A DNA stretch of 64,000 nucleotides from Ignavibacteria bacterium (GTDB taxonomy: Bacteria > Bacteroidota > Ignavibacteria > Kapaibacteriales > UBA4661), in NCBI GenBank assembly GCA_013298775.1, contig JAAFIV010000014.1:30197-94196 (forward strand). Direction: 5' to 3'. The position numbers were made by a program, and so were the translations under genes. The notes below the pieces were generated by a model, which worked only from the letters and a program-made list of their open reading frames with translations, was not told where the DNA came from and ran no database searches. Positions 7,286-17,092 of this stretch are shown piece after piece. Position 1 is the first letter of the stretch, and the number at the start of each line of letters is the position of its first letter.

Positions 7286-10276
7286 TTATTGGAAATTGTA
7301 AGTAATACTAAATCGGAATGAGCGTGGTGGCGAAATATTACCAGAAGCAGTTCCACCAACATTTGGACCACTTGTACTCAAGAAGGATAATTCGGGGTCA
7401 ACAAACTGATTTGCTGTAACAACAAGTGCGTTACGTAACGATGCTGACAGCGTTAAGCCCTTGAAACCGAATAATTCTTGTGGAATACGATACGCAAGCG
7501 AAATTTCACGAATCTTGAACCAAGTACCATCTACCATCAGCGAACCAGAAATATCGTTGCGCTGATACCGCATACGTCCTAAGCGAGCAGAGTCTGTAAA
7601 TTTTGGGATAATTGAATTATCAACAAGGTCTTGATAGAACGGATACACGAAGCGTCCCGTAGCAGCATCACGCACAGGCGTTGAAGCGAATACGTTTGGA
7701 TAACGGCGACCCCAGAAGTGATTGACCACCTGAAAACCCGTTGCAAACTCAGCAGTAACGCTGAGTGTAAGATTTTGTGCGATAGTCGCATCAAGACCAA
7801 AATTTGCTGTTAAGGTTGGAACAGGACCATTGATGAGCGAATCACGGCGCACCTGACCAGTTTGGTAGGTGCCATCTGCATCACGCAATGGAACGTTAAT
7901 GCGCCATGAAGGCAATGAATAACCTTCTTCTACGCGCGTAGGAATATAGCCAAAGCTACCCCCCAACTGGAATGGAGCAGAACCACCAAGGCTTTCAACG
8001 CGATTACGCAATGTTGCTACCGAGGCGCGGAGAGCTAAATTTAATACGCCTGGCTCATCAACAACGACGGTATTAAGTCCAAGCTCAATACCTTGATTGG
8101 AGATAACACCAACGTTTTTATCCTGCGTGGTAAAACCTGTAACGGGATCTACTGGAACTCTAAAAATGGCACCACGAGTAGTGCTGTTGAAATAATCAAA
8201 CGTCAGAGAAATTTTATCTTCTGCAAGGGCAATATCGGTACCGATTTCTAATGCACCAACGCGCTCAACTGTTAAATTAGCATTACCCGGAATAGAAGTA
8301 ATACCGCCTTGTGCGCCACCAATACCCAATCCAACTTGGTCTTGGAACGGACGTGAAATGAAAGTACGGTCGCGTGTAAATGGCGTTGGGAAAAGTCCTG
8401 TTTCGCCGTAGGAAGCGCGTAGCTTGAAAAGCCCGATGGTTTCTTTGAGCGGTGCCCAGAATGCCATATCTGCAATATTTATGGCAATTGCACCCTTTGG
8501 AAAGAACTCACTTGCGATGCGGTCTCCAAAGGTAGAATTAATATCAAAACGACCACCGAGGTCAATGAAAATAACATCCAATAATTCTGCTTTGTAGTTT
8601 GCATACAAGCCACCAGTGAAAACCTGGAGCGGGGATTCCTCCGTATTTTTTACAGCTGTATTGGTGAGAATGCTTGTTCCTGGCAATCCAAATCCTGTAC
8701 CTTCTGCGAAAAGAGGACGTTCATCGCGGCGGAATCCTTGCGCACCAACAGCAAGATCGTGTTTGAGCACGTCAGGAATAACGGGTAGTTTGAGCGAACT
8801 AAGGAAATCAAAGGTAACAATGAAATTTTCACGGTCTGTACGCTCAATGCTACCGTTATTTTCAACGTTGATTGGCTCAAATTGGCGTGTTTCGCTTTTA
8901 CGATAATCTGCCCCAATAGTGAAGCGGTTATCCCAGCCTTCTACAGGGGAAACTTTGTAGGTGAGCGATTGAATAATGCGGTGAGCAACTTCATCGTTCT
9001 CGAAACGTGTCCAGTAGTTTGCCAAACTGTCCAAGGAGCGTTGGCGCGAGGAAGCACGCAGAGTTGGGTCGGTAATATTGTCAAATCGCCAGCGTGGATT
9101 CGCGGGGCTATTGGGTTGATTTGCTTCCATTTCGGTAATCTGATACAAACCTTGACCACTATTGTTACCAAATGTCCGACCAAATTGGTTACGTACATAA
9201 CTCATCGAAAACTCAAAGCTATTCCTTCCAAACGTAGCACGTAAGCCGCCGTTCATCGAATATACACGTTCAAAATTCTGGTTTTTTGGTGAAATACCTG
9301 TATTATGAAACATTCTTGCAGAGGCGTTATACGTCAGATTTTCTGCTCCGCCAGTAATGCCAGCTTTGTATTCTTGGTAGAAACCTTGTTGGAGAGCTAG
9401 TTGTGCGGTTAATGGGTCGAATACAAATTTTGTCTCTGGCACATCAATTCCTGAGGTAATGCCAATGTTATATTTGGGCGAACCTGGAACACCTTTTTTG
9501 GTAAAAATTTGGATGACACCATTAGCAGCTTCCGAGCCGTATAGCGTCGAAGAAGCTCCACCTTTTAAGAACTCTACACGCTCAATATCGCCATTGAGAA
9601 GATCGCTGAGTGCGGAAGTAGAAACACCACCAAAGTCTGAACCAAGGCGGAAACTTTCGCCTGCATCTACACGCACACCATCAATGTAGATAGCTGGTGT
9701 TGTCGGACCGCTTGCAGATTTTACGCCCCGCGTAGCAATACGCGCTCCTGCACCTGGCTGACCCGTTGCAGAAAACGATGTCAAACCTGGTACGCGACCT
9801 TGAATAAGCTGGTCAAAACTCCGTGCCGTAGAACCTTCTATCTGCTTAACGTTAATAGACTCCACTGAATATGCAAGTTTTTTGCGCTCTGTGCCTGCTC
9901 CCTGACCTGTTACAACAACTTCATCGGTCTTGGAAACAGAAGAGGCAAGCACAAAATTGACTTCTTGCGGTGCCTCAAGAGCGATTTTTTTCTTTTGTTC
10001 TTTGAAGCCAACTGATGTAACTGAAACACTATACTCACCTGCCGCCAAGCCTCTAATGCTATACGCACCTTGGATATTTACAATGGCACCACGCGGAGAA
10101 CCGCCGCCTAATGGCGTAACGGTAACACGTGCGCCAGAAACTGCCTCGCCAGAACGGTCCTTGACCGTACCCTTGATTTCGCTTATTTGAGCAAAACCTT
10201 CATTTGACGCTATACCGAATGTAACACCAAGAGCGACAAGGAAAGGCAGTACTCGAAGGAGTAATATACTTCTCAT
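7286..10276 (-). CDS. SusC/RagA-family TonB-dependent outer-membrane receptor
   Basis: Signal peptide; carboxypeptidase-regulatory-like N-domain (GTVKDRSGEAVSGARVTVTPLGG); TonB plug (DEVVVTGQG...IESINVKQIEG; VEFLKGGASSTLYGSEAANGVIQIFTKKG); about 1000 aa barrel. Confidence 0.9.
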   Translation of the reverse strand: MRSILLLRVLPFLVALGVTFGIASNEGFAQISEIKGTVKDRSGEAVSGARVTVTPLGGGSPRGAIVNIQGAYSIRGLAAGEYSVSVTSVGFKEQKKKIALEAPQEVNFVLASSVSKTDEVVVTGQGAGTERKKLAYSVESINVKQIEGSTARSFDQLIQGRVPGLTSFSATGQPGAGARIATRGVKSASGPTTPAIYIDGVRVDAGESFRLGSDFGGVSTSALSDLLNGDIERVEFLKGGASSTLYGSEAANGVIQIFTKKGVPGSPKYNIGITSGIDVPETKFVFDPLTAQLALQQGFYQEYKAGITGGAENLTYNASARMFHNTGISPKNQNFERVYSMNGGLRATFGRNSFEFSMSYVRNQFGRTFGNNSGQGLYQITEMEANQPNSPANPRWRFDNITDPTLRASSRQRSLDSLANYWTRFENDEVAHRIIQSLTYKVSPVEGWDNRFTIGADYRKSETRQFEPINVENNGSIERTDRENFIVTFDFLSSLKLPVIPDVLKHDLAVGAQGFRRDERPLFAEGTGFGLPGTSILTNTAVKNTEESPLQVFTGGLYANYKAELLDVIFIDLGGRFDINSTFGDRIASEFFPKGAIAINIADMAFWAPLKETIGLFKLRASYGETGLFPTPFTRDRTFISRPFQDQVGLGIGGAQGGITSIPGNANLTVERVGALEIGTDIALAEDKISLTFDYFNSTTRGAIFRVPVDPVTGFTTQDKNVGVISNQGIELGLNTVVVDEPGVLNLALRASVATLRNRVESLGGSAPFQLGGSFGYIPTRVEEGYSLPSWRINVPLRDADGTYQTGQVRRDSLINGPVPTLTANFGLDATIAQNLTLSVTAEFATGFQVVNHFWGRRYPNVFASTPVRDAATGRFVYPFYQDLVDNSIIPKFTDSARLGRMRYQRNDISGSLMVDGTWFKIREISLAYRIPQELFGFKGLTLSASLRNALVVTANQFVDPELSFLSTSGPNVGGTASGNISPPRSFRFSITYNFQ

Positions 10277-10730
10277 AACAATACCTTGAATTAAAAAGAA
10301 ATGATAGTGAATTAGGAGCTAAATATAGATAGGATAAAGAGTTCTAAAGAATAAAAGCCAGAGAATTTTTTATGAAGATGTAATCACATCCTCATCCACG
10401 AAAACAGGAATGCAGTAGCCATGCGCTCTTTGGGAGGCGCACATACTTCTATCCAGAGGGAAATTCGTGGTGAAAACAAACGCTAACAAAGCAAGCAAGT
10501 GCGGTGATAATCCGTTACCGCAATTTTGCGCTTACACATTTGTTAAGATTTGTTAAGGGTTGTTAAAATAGAAAATAAATCTGGCTTTTGCAAGAATTCT
10601 ATCCCTCAAAACAGGGTCTTTGTCCCAAAGTGCCTTTGAAGAGTTTTTTTGGTACGATAGGTGGGGTATTCGCAGGAAAAAGAATTGAGTTTTTGTGCGC
10701 TCTCCGGCGTACGTATGTATGCTTGTGAGG

Positions 10731-11891
10731 TCAGGTTTTTTCCAATATCTCCACAATGAGGCTCGCAATACGCTCTGCCGCGCGTCCATCCCACAGAGGC
10801 GGCACGGATGCTTGCTTTGAAGCATTATTCCTAGAAGTATCGAACAATGCCGTTTGCACCGCCGCACGGATAGATGCGGCTTCGGGGCGCACCAGCACGT
10901 TTGTTCCTAGCTCGCAGGTGATGGGGCGTTCCGTCGTTGTGCGTAGCGTGAGGCAGGGAACGCCAAGCGCGGTGGTTTCTTCCTGCACACCGCCTGAATC
11001 GGTCATCACAAGTCGCGCCTGCATCATCAGCGCGAGAAAATTCACATAGCCCTGCGGCTCAATGCAGTGAATGTTTGAATGCGCCGCGAGCAATTCTTGC
11101 ACCCCAAACTCCTGAAGCTGCTTGCGTGTGCGCGGATGCACGGGGAACACGATGGCGTATTCACGGGAAATATCAGCAAAGATTTCTGCCAACGCACGTA
11201 ACTGTGCGGGGTCGTCCACATTGGAAGGGCGATGCAGCGTTGCCAACACATACTTGCCCGCTTCCACGCCAATATCCGCCAACACGGAGGACTGACGCGC
11301 TTTCGGGAGCGCGAAGTGCAGCGAATCAATCATTGTATTTCCCACAAAAAAACAGCGTTCTTGCGGAAAATTCTCGCGCTTCAGATGCTGCATTCCACTT
11401 TCTTCGGTAACGAAAGCGTAGTCGCACAGCGCGTCGGTGGCGAGGCGGTTCAATTCCTCTGGCATGGTGCGGTCGAAACTGCGCAAACCCGCTTCCACGT
11501 GCGCGACGGGAATGCCGAGCTTTGTTGCCGTCAGCGTTGCGGCAATCGTGGAATTAACATCGCCCACAACCAGCACCATTGCTGGTGTTGCTTCCAAACA
11601 CACTTTTTCAAATCCCATCATCACTTTTGCCGTTTGTTCGGCATGAGAACCAGAGCCAACACCCAGAAAATATGCGGGTTCTGGCATTTCCAAATCAGCA
11701 AAAAAAGCATCGGACATAGCGGCATCGTAATGCTGCCCTGTGTGGACAATCAAATGCTCTACAGCCAGTGTGGATGCGCCCTTGCGGACACGCGCAAACT
11801 CCATGCGCTGAAATGCACGATGAATGGGCGCGACTTTCATAAAATTCGGACGCGCTCCAACAACAGAAAGAATACGAAGGCTAGATTCCAT
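10731..11891 (-). CDS. wecB: UDP-N-acetylglucosamine 2-epimerase (non-hydrolysing)
   Basis: ILSVVGARPNFMKVAPIHRAF...HTGQHYD...; about 386 aa; typical WecB/MnaA family motifs. Confidence 0.88.
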   Translation of the reverse strand: MESSLRILSVVGARPNFMKVAPIHRAFQRMEFARVRKGASTLAVEHLIVHTGQHYDAAMSDAFFADLEMPEPAYFLGVGSGSHAEQTAKVMMGFEKVCLEATPAMVLVVGDVNSTIAATLTATKLGIPVAHVEAGLRSFDRTMPEELNRLATDALCDYAFVTEESGMQHLKRENFPQERCFFVGNTMIDSLHFALPKARQSSVLADIGVEAGKYVLATLHRPSNVDDPAQLRALAEIFADISREYAIVFPVHPRTRKQLQEFGVQELLAAHSNIHCIEPQGYVNFLALMMQARLVMTDSGGVQEETTALGVPCLTLRTTTERPITCELGTNVLVRPEAASIRAAVQTALFDTSRNNASKQASVPPLWDGRAAERIASLIVEILEKT

Positions 11892-11940
11892 GCGGTTTTT
11901 AAGGTGTAAAAGGAAAAGCGTTTAGCGAAATTGCTTCAAA

Positions 11941-12576
11941 TCAGTGAAATTGCTCCAAGAAGGTTTTGAGTTGGTCGAAGCAGGGATGGTCGAAGTTCCA
12001 GACCTTTTGCTGCGCCGCAAGCCCAACCTGATAGGTAAATGGCGTTGCAATGGACAAATACGCCAGTGCCTGACGTTTTTGATACTTTACGGTTTCGCTG
12101 CTCATTCCTGTACAGCGCATGAAATCATTGATGCAGCGTAAAGAATCTTCAGAAATAGACTGGAGACACAAATCTTCCAACATCCCAGCATCGTGATTAT
12201 TGGGCATCACGAATATCGCAATTTGTGGCGAGCCACTTGATAAGCTGACTAGCTGCGTTGGTGCGACAAAGCCCGCTTTTTCAAGATGATATGTGAAACT
12301 GTTAAAAGTAGATTCCGCTTTCTCTACATCAGCATCTGCCACAAATCCTATCTTCTGGACGTTCTTTACTCCTGGTCTAACGGGGAGCGAGCGAATAGTT
12401 GGCTCAAATTCTGGCTTTCCTTGAATATCAATGCACTGAATACCAGTAATGTCAAGGTGTTTGAGCATTTTTTCAATCAGAAGTTCTTCGTCTTTTCCCT
12501 CAAGGATTAGGATATTTTTTGCAATAAGCTCTGATGAATTTTTCGGTGTATCTGTGCCTGGAAGAGTAGTATTCAT
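11941..12576 (-). CDS. Small TOPRIM-like protein (DUF4435/DUF4276/DUF3226-type), partner of the upstream ABC-type ATPase; candidate effector nuclease
   Basis: 211 aa. N-terminal ILILEGKDEE (Toprim-like conserved Glu), IGFVADADVEK (DxD), later acidic cluster FVMPNNHDAGMLEDL. ATG overlaps the ATPase stop by 4 nt (ATGA at 12573-12576). Confidence 0.5.
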   Translation of the reverse strand: MNTTLPGTDTPKNSSELIAKNILILEGKDEELLIEKMLKHLDITGIQCIDIQGKPEFEPTIRSLPVRPGVKNVQKIGFVADADVEKAESTFNSFTYHLEKAGFVAPTQLVSLSSGSPQIAIFVMPNNHDAGMLEDLCLQSISEDSLRCINDFMRCTGMSSETVKYQKRQALAYLSIATPFTYQVGLAAQQKVWNFDHPCFDQLKTFLEQFH

Positions 12577-13559
12577 CGAATTTCCCAGCCTTTCTGCGTC
12601 ATAAAGCGGAGATTTTCCCCATCAATTTTCACCGCTCTATGCTCCTCGCCATCACGTTCCAAACGAAAAACGCGCACGATATCCTCACCAAACAAATTCG
12701 CTTCCTGCACCTGCGTGAGTGCCGCCAAACACTCGTAAGAATGCGTTGTTGCGAAGACTTGGACGTTGAATTCTTTTGCGGCTTTCAAAACAGCTTTCCA
12801 AAGAATGGTAAGCGTGGAATAGTGCAAATCATTGGAAATTTCATCAACGAGAGCAATACCGTTTTCTGCCGATAACACATTAACAAGAATGGAAAGAATG
12901 CGACGAATGCCATCGCCCATAACGCTGATGGGAACGAGTCTTGGCAAGCCAATGTCGCAGTAAATCGCGCTTTGCGCACCAAGTCGAATGTCTGAAATAG
13001 CAGCATCAACCTCTGCCAGTGCAGTGATGATGCTTTGTTCACGCTTCTGCTCAATAATATTGCTTAAAAGCTGGTCGAGTTGGTCGGTTAAGTTCTTTGG
13101 ATGCAACCACGATGCAAGGAATAAAGGCTGTGGATGGTGTTCATCGTCCGCACTTTGCACATAATCATATCTTTCTACATTAGTGGAAGTCCCGACGCTT
13201 CTTGTTTGTACAATCCCGTAGTCTTTTACTACTTTGTTGGATGCCGCACCATTGCTGCTTGCGTAAAGTGGTTCGACCTCAACTATATTCATACTATTAT
13301 CTTGGCATTGAACCTGTATTCGCAAGCGATTTTGCGGGTCTAATTTCCGAAAGAGTAATAGTGCTTCATTTATCGTTACTTCAGGCATATCTCGAAAAGC
13401 TGTTTGTGAATAAGCACCATTCCCTGAACAAATAGCCTCCAACACCGACGTTTTCCCACTATTATTCTTTCCCACAAACACATTCACCTGAGCAAAATCA
13501 CTGATTTCCAGCGATTTGATACCGCGAAAGTTTTGGATGTTGATGGACGTAAAAGCCAT
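12573..13559 (-). CDS. ABC-type AAA family ATPase (AAA_21/AAA_15-like, SMC/RecF-like fold)
   Basis: Walker A GKNNSGKTS near the N-terminus; Q-loop; signature-like MGDGIRR; Walker B IALVDEI; H-loop TTHS; about 328 aa with no fused effector domain. Confidence 0.8.
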   Translation of the reverse strand: MAFTSINIQNFRGIKSLEISDFAQVNVFVGKNNSGKTSVLEAICSGNGAYSQTAFRDMPEVTINEALLLFRKLDPQNRLRIQVQCQDNSMNIVEVEPLYASSNGAASNKVVKDYGIVQTRSVGTSTNVERYDYVQSADDEHHPQPLFLASWLHPKNLTDQLDQLLSNIIEQKREQSIITALAEVDAAISDIRLGAQSAIYCDIGLPRLVPISVMGDGIRRILSILVNVLSAENGIALVDEISNDLHYSTLTILWKAVLKAAKEFNVQVFATTHSYECLAALTQVQEANLFGEDIVRVFRLERDGEEHRAVKIDGENLRFMTQKGWEIR

Positions 13560-13580
13560 GATTCTTCCTTGATTGAAAAA

Positions 13581-14531
13581 CTATTTACCGCCGCGAAAGC
13601 CGCTTAAACACGACGTTTCCAAATACTGCCGGAACTGTGAACGCCGTGCAACAACCTCATTATGCGTAAGCTCGGTGTGAATAAAAACGACGGGAGAACG
13701 CTTCAGATTTTGTTTCGTGAGTTCTGCTTCAGACTTGAGCGAATAGGGAATGCGCCATGCCGCGAGGTCTTCCATTAGTTTCTCCGATTCCGCTTTTGTG
13801 CCACCGTCATCGGTGTAAATGTTGATAAATCGCCCGCGAAGCCGCTTACAATCATGCTCCAGCCAATGCGTGAATTTTTCCGTTTGTCCATAGAGCGCGT
13901 CAAACAGCCACACTTCGCGCACGGGAACGCCGCCCCGAAGCAGCATGAATGCTATTGCGCGGTACGCTCCGCTGTGTCCCGACAATACCACATTTCCAAG
14001 CCGTGCCTTGATATTTTTTGTGCGTTGCAATACCGCCAACGTTTCAGAGAGCAATCGCTGCAAGCCGCATGAATCCTCAAGTTTGCCTCCAAAGGAATCA
14101 GGAGCAAATTTCGGTCCTTCGGGAAACACAAACACCGCATTTTTACCACTTTCAGCAAACTGCTCGGCAAGGCGGAATTTTGCCGTTGCCGTGTCAATGC
14201 TATTGCCCCAGCCATGCAAATATACGACAACATCCAGCGTTTTGCCAGATTTGAAGCCGTTTGGAAGAAATATCATCACACTGCTGTCGCAGTAATGCGG
14301 CTCGGCGGGATAGGTCTTGCCGTCGTAGATGTGTCCTGTGCTGCGTTTGGGATGGGGAAAGGGCGCAGATTTCATGCCGAGTGTAAGTGCAGTACCGATT
14401 GTCGTTCCGCCTGTCGAGCGAACTTCACGCCACTCTTGCGCACAACTACTGGGAGAGAAACTCATGTTTGCTATTGTGCAAAGCATGGCAACGACATACA
14501 TTCGTACAACGTAGTTCATGGTGTTTTGCAA
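13581..14531 (-). CDS. Secreted alpha/beta-hydrolase-fold esterase-like protein
   Basis: N-terminal signal peptide; VVYLHGWGNS and nucleophile elbow GHSGA (GxSxG). Confidence 0.5.
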   Translation of the reverse strand: MQNTMNYVVRMYVVAMLCTIANMSFSPSSCAQEWREVRSTGGTTIGTALTLGMKSAPFPHPKRSTGHIYDGKTYPAEPHYCDSSVMIFLPNGFKSGKTLDVVVYLHGWGNSIDTATAKFRLAEQFAESGKNAVFVFPEGPKFAPDSFGGKLEDSCGLQRLLSETLAVLQRTKNIKARLGNVVLSGHSGAYRAIAFMLLRGGVPVREVWLFDALYGQTEKFTHWLEHDCKRLRGRFINIYTDDGGTKAESEKLMEDLAAWRIPYSLKSEAELTKQNLKRSPVVFIHTELTHNEVVARRSQFRQYLETSCLSGFRGGK

Positions 14532-14564
14532 TGTGAAGGAAAACGAGTTTGAAACTTGGTAATA

Positions 14565-16736
14565 TTAAAGACTTACAGGCAAACCCGTTTGCAAGGATTC
14601 CTCCGCCCCAAGGCAAGCAAGCGTCGTTGCGCGTATGTGCGCGTAGGGAATCGGAGCGGCTGCACCTCGCATGATTGCTTGCACGAAGGCGGCAATTTCT
14701 TCTTTGTGTCCTTTTGTGCCGTCAAACTTTTTCTCGGAAATTTTACTACCTTCGGCAAAGGTTACGCGCTCGAAGTTGTGCATTTGTGCGGTTCTGCCTT
14801 CGCTGAAAACCTCGCAGTATTCCTTGCTCACGCCCGCATTGCCGTTGGCAAAATAGAGAATTGTTCCTAGCGAGCCGTCGGCAAATTTGAGCGAAATGGA
14901 GACCGTGTCGCGCCGGTGCGTGTTGGTGTTCGCGCCAGACAAGCCTTCAGCAAAAATGCGCACTGGCACACTCTCCGCGAGAAAGCTCATGCAATCCACA
15001 AAATGGCACACTTCGCCAATGATGCGCCCGCCCTGTTCTGGGGATTGAATCCAGCTCTGAAGCGGCACCGCACCTGCATTCACGCGATACATCATGCTGA
15101 TTGGCTCGCTGCGCTTTTGGCAAAATTCCTTCAACGCAAGGAATGGTGCGGAAAAGCGGCGATTGAAACCGACCATAATTCTTGAGGAAGAACCTTGCGC
15201 GGAAGAATCCTGCACGGCGGCATCAATCGCGGAAAGCTCCTCACGCGAGATACAGAGCGGCTTTTCAACGAAAATATCTTTGCCGTTTTGAAGCGCGTCC
15301 AGCACGTATTTTCCGTGCGAATCATGCCGCGAGGCGCAAAGAATCGTATTTATAGCAGAATTGCTGAAAACCGCTTCACTGCTTGTTTCCACGTTTGCAA
15401 AGCCGAAGCGTTCTTGCACGGATTTCGCTTTTACGGGCGTTGGCGTACAAACGGTGTGCAAGACCGCATCCTTACTTGCTGTGAAGAACGGGAGCAAGTT
15501 CGTTTGCGCAAACGCTCCTGCGCCAATCACCCCAAGAACCAGTTTTGATGCGGCTTGTGGGCTTTTTGCGGATGCAGCCACTGTCGCATAGCGCAAACGC
15601 TCGGCTTCGGGACGCGAATACTCCAAAATAATGCCTGAATATGGCTTCCTATCAGGGCTTTTGTCGGTAATAAGCGAATACGCTTCATCGGCGCGTTCAA
15701 AGGGAAAGCGGTGCGTGGTCATTGGGGCAAGATTGACGCGCTTTGCCGCCAGAAGGTCGAGAAATGCTTGCATATTGCGGTTTTCCGTCCAGCGCACAAA
15801 CGCGGCGGGATAATCGTGTCCGTGTTCCTCGTAGGCGGCATCGTATCTGCCCGGACCGTAGCTACAGGAAATGCGAAACTCTACTTCTTTTTCGTAAAAC
15901 GGCGAGCGTGGTACATTCATTCCCACCGCGCCCACAACCACGACTGTTCCACGCTTGCGCACGGCTTGGAGAGCCAGTTCTACGGGTTCGTTGGAATCGG
16001 TTGCCGCCATGATAATCACCGCGTCCACACCCAGACCCCGCGTAAATGCTTCGATTGCGGGCAATGCCGCACGATTGCTGGGCAGCGTGAGTTCCGCGCC
16101 AAATTCTTTCGCCTGCGCAAAGAGCGATTCATTCACATCCAAACCAAGCACACGGCAGCCAGAAGCGCGTAAAAGCTGGACGGTAAGCTGCCCCAGCAGC
16201 CCCAAGCCAATCACCGCCACGCTCGCGCCCAATTCCGCTTGCGCTTGCCGAACGCCTTGCAGCGCGATTGCGCCAAGCGTGGTGTAGGCGGCTTCTTCAA
16301 AGCTCACCGATTCATCAGAGATTTTCGCAACGAGGTTTTTCGGCACCGCAACGAGTTCCGCATGAAAAGCGTAGGTGTTTCCCGCGCACGCAACGCGGTC
16401 GCCAACAAGAAAGCCGTCGGCGCGAGATTCTATCACGGTTCCTGCGAGACTGTATCCAAGAGCTTTGTAGGAGTCAAGCGTGTTTTGCACTTTGCGCAGC
16501 GTTGCGGCGATGCCGTCTTTGCGCACACTGTCCAGCACTTTTTTCACTTCCTGCGGCTGCTTGAGGGCGCGTTCCAGCAAGGAGGACTGCGCCTTCGTAA
16601 CGGAAGTGCGCTCGGTGCCTGCGCTAATGAGCGAGCGAGCCACGCTGACCAGCACAAAACCGTCGGGACAAGGCGGGGGCGGGAGTTCAGCCAGATGAAG
16701 CTCGCCGCTTGATTGGTGTTGAATAAGTTGAAGCAT
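14565..16736 (-). CDS. Bi-domain oxidoreductase: zinc-type medium-chain dehydrogenase domain fused to Gfo/Idh/MocA NAD(P)-binding oxidoreductase domain
   Basis: N-half MDR/ADH-like (Rossmann GLGLLG); C-half Gfo/Idh/MocA (VLGVIGAGAFAQTNLLPF...EKPL). ATG at 16736 (MLQLIQ); the ORF-track extension upstream runs through a repeat element. Confidence 0.75.
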   Translation of the reverse strand: MLQLIQHQSSGELHLAELPPPPCPDGFVLVSVARSLISAGTERTSVTKAQSSLLERALKQPQEVKKVLDSVRKDGIAATLRKVQNTLDSYKALGYSLAGTVIESRADGFLVGDRVACAGNTYAFHAELVAVPKNLVAKISDESVSFEEAAYTTLGAIALQGVRQAQAELGASVAVIGLGLLGQLTVQLLRASGCRVLGLDVNESLFAQAKEFGAELTLPSNRAALPAIEAFTRGLGVDAVIIMAATDSNEPVELALQAVRKRGTVVVVGAVGMNVPRSPFYEKEVEFRISCSYGPGRYDAAYEEHGHDYPAAFVRWTENRNMQAFLDLLAAKRVNLAPMTTHRFPFERADEAYSLITDKSPDRKPYSGIILEYSRPEAERLRYATVAASAKSPQAASKLVLGVIGAGAFAQTNLLPFFTASKDAVLHTVCTPTPVKAKSVQERFGFANVETSSEAVFSNSAINTILCASRHDSHGKYVLDALQNGKDIFVEKPLCISREELSAIDAAVQDSSAQGSSSRIMVGFNRRFSAPFLALKEFCQKRSEPISMMYRVNAGAVPLQSWIQSPEQGGRIIGEVCHFVDCMSFLAESVPVRIFAEGLSGANTNTHRRDTVSISLKFADGSLGTILYFANGNAGVSKEYCEVFSEGRTAQMHNFERVTFAEGSKISEKKFDGTKGHKEEIAAFVQAIMRGAAAPIPYAHIRATTLACLGAEESLQTGLPVSL

Positions 16737-16793
16737 CGGCAGCAATACGGAATGGAAGTGTTTTCGAGAGACCCGCACAGAGCGCAGGGCTGT

Positions 16794-16949
16794 TAAGTTC
16801 TCGTGTTTGCCCTCATCCCAACCCTTCTCCCAGAAGGAGAAGGGCAAGACACAGAGCCGTTTCTGAAGCCCTCTCCTTCTGGGAGAGGGTTGGGTGAGGG
16901 CTTCACGGGAACAGAACTTAACAGCCCTGCGCACAAAGCGGGAGAGAGG
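16794..16949. mobile_element. Family A MITE-like palindromic element (about 156 nt) with 11-nt imperfect target-site duplication
   Basis: cagggctgttaagttct...agaacttaacagccctg; arms about 55 nt each around a central loop; flanks cgcacagagcg / cgcacaaagcg. Confidence 0.65.
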
Positions 16950-16998
16950 TACAAAATGTCAGTGATTTCTTGTACGACTTTCGCAAATGACGCAGACA

Positions 16999-17068
16999 GG
17001 AGTGTCTGCGCTACCACTTGTTTGAGGTTTTATGCGGCTTCGGTAGCACAGACACTCTTGTCTGTGCC
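16999..17068. repeat. Family B hairpin repeat
   Basis: gacgcagacaggagtgtctgcgctacc ... cggtagcacagacactcttgtctgtgcc. Confidence 0.65.
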
Positions 17069-17092
17069 ATAAGCTGGTGTGTTGTGAACGTT

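Noticed and set aside
11232-11909. Long antisense ORFs inside wecB, the oxidoreductase (15711-16172; 16239-16712), SusC and other genes
   Set aside because: These are shadow ORFs on the strand opposite to well-supported conserved genes. Their Arg/His/Cys-rich composition is typical of antisense frames.
16803-17072. Short ORFs translated through repeat elements (encoding [40 protein letters not shown]) at 16793-17072, 45497-45944 and 49337-49534
   Set aside because: These lie entirely inside palindromic repeats. The same peptides appear in both orientations. They are frame artefacts of the repeats, not genes.
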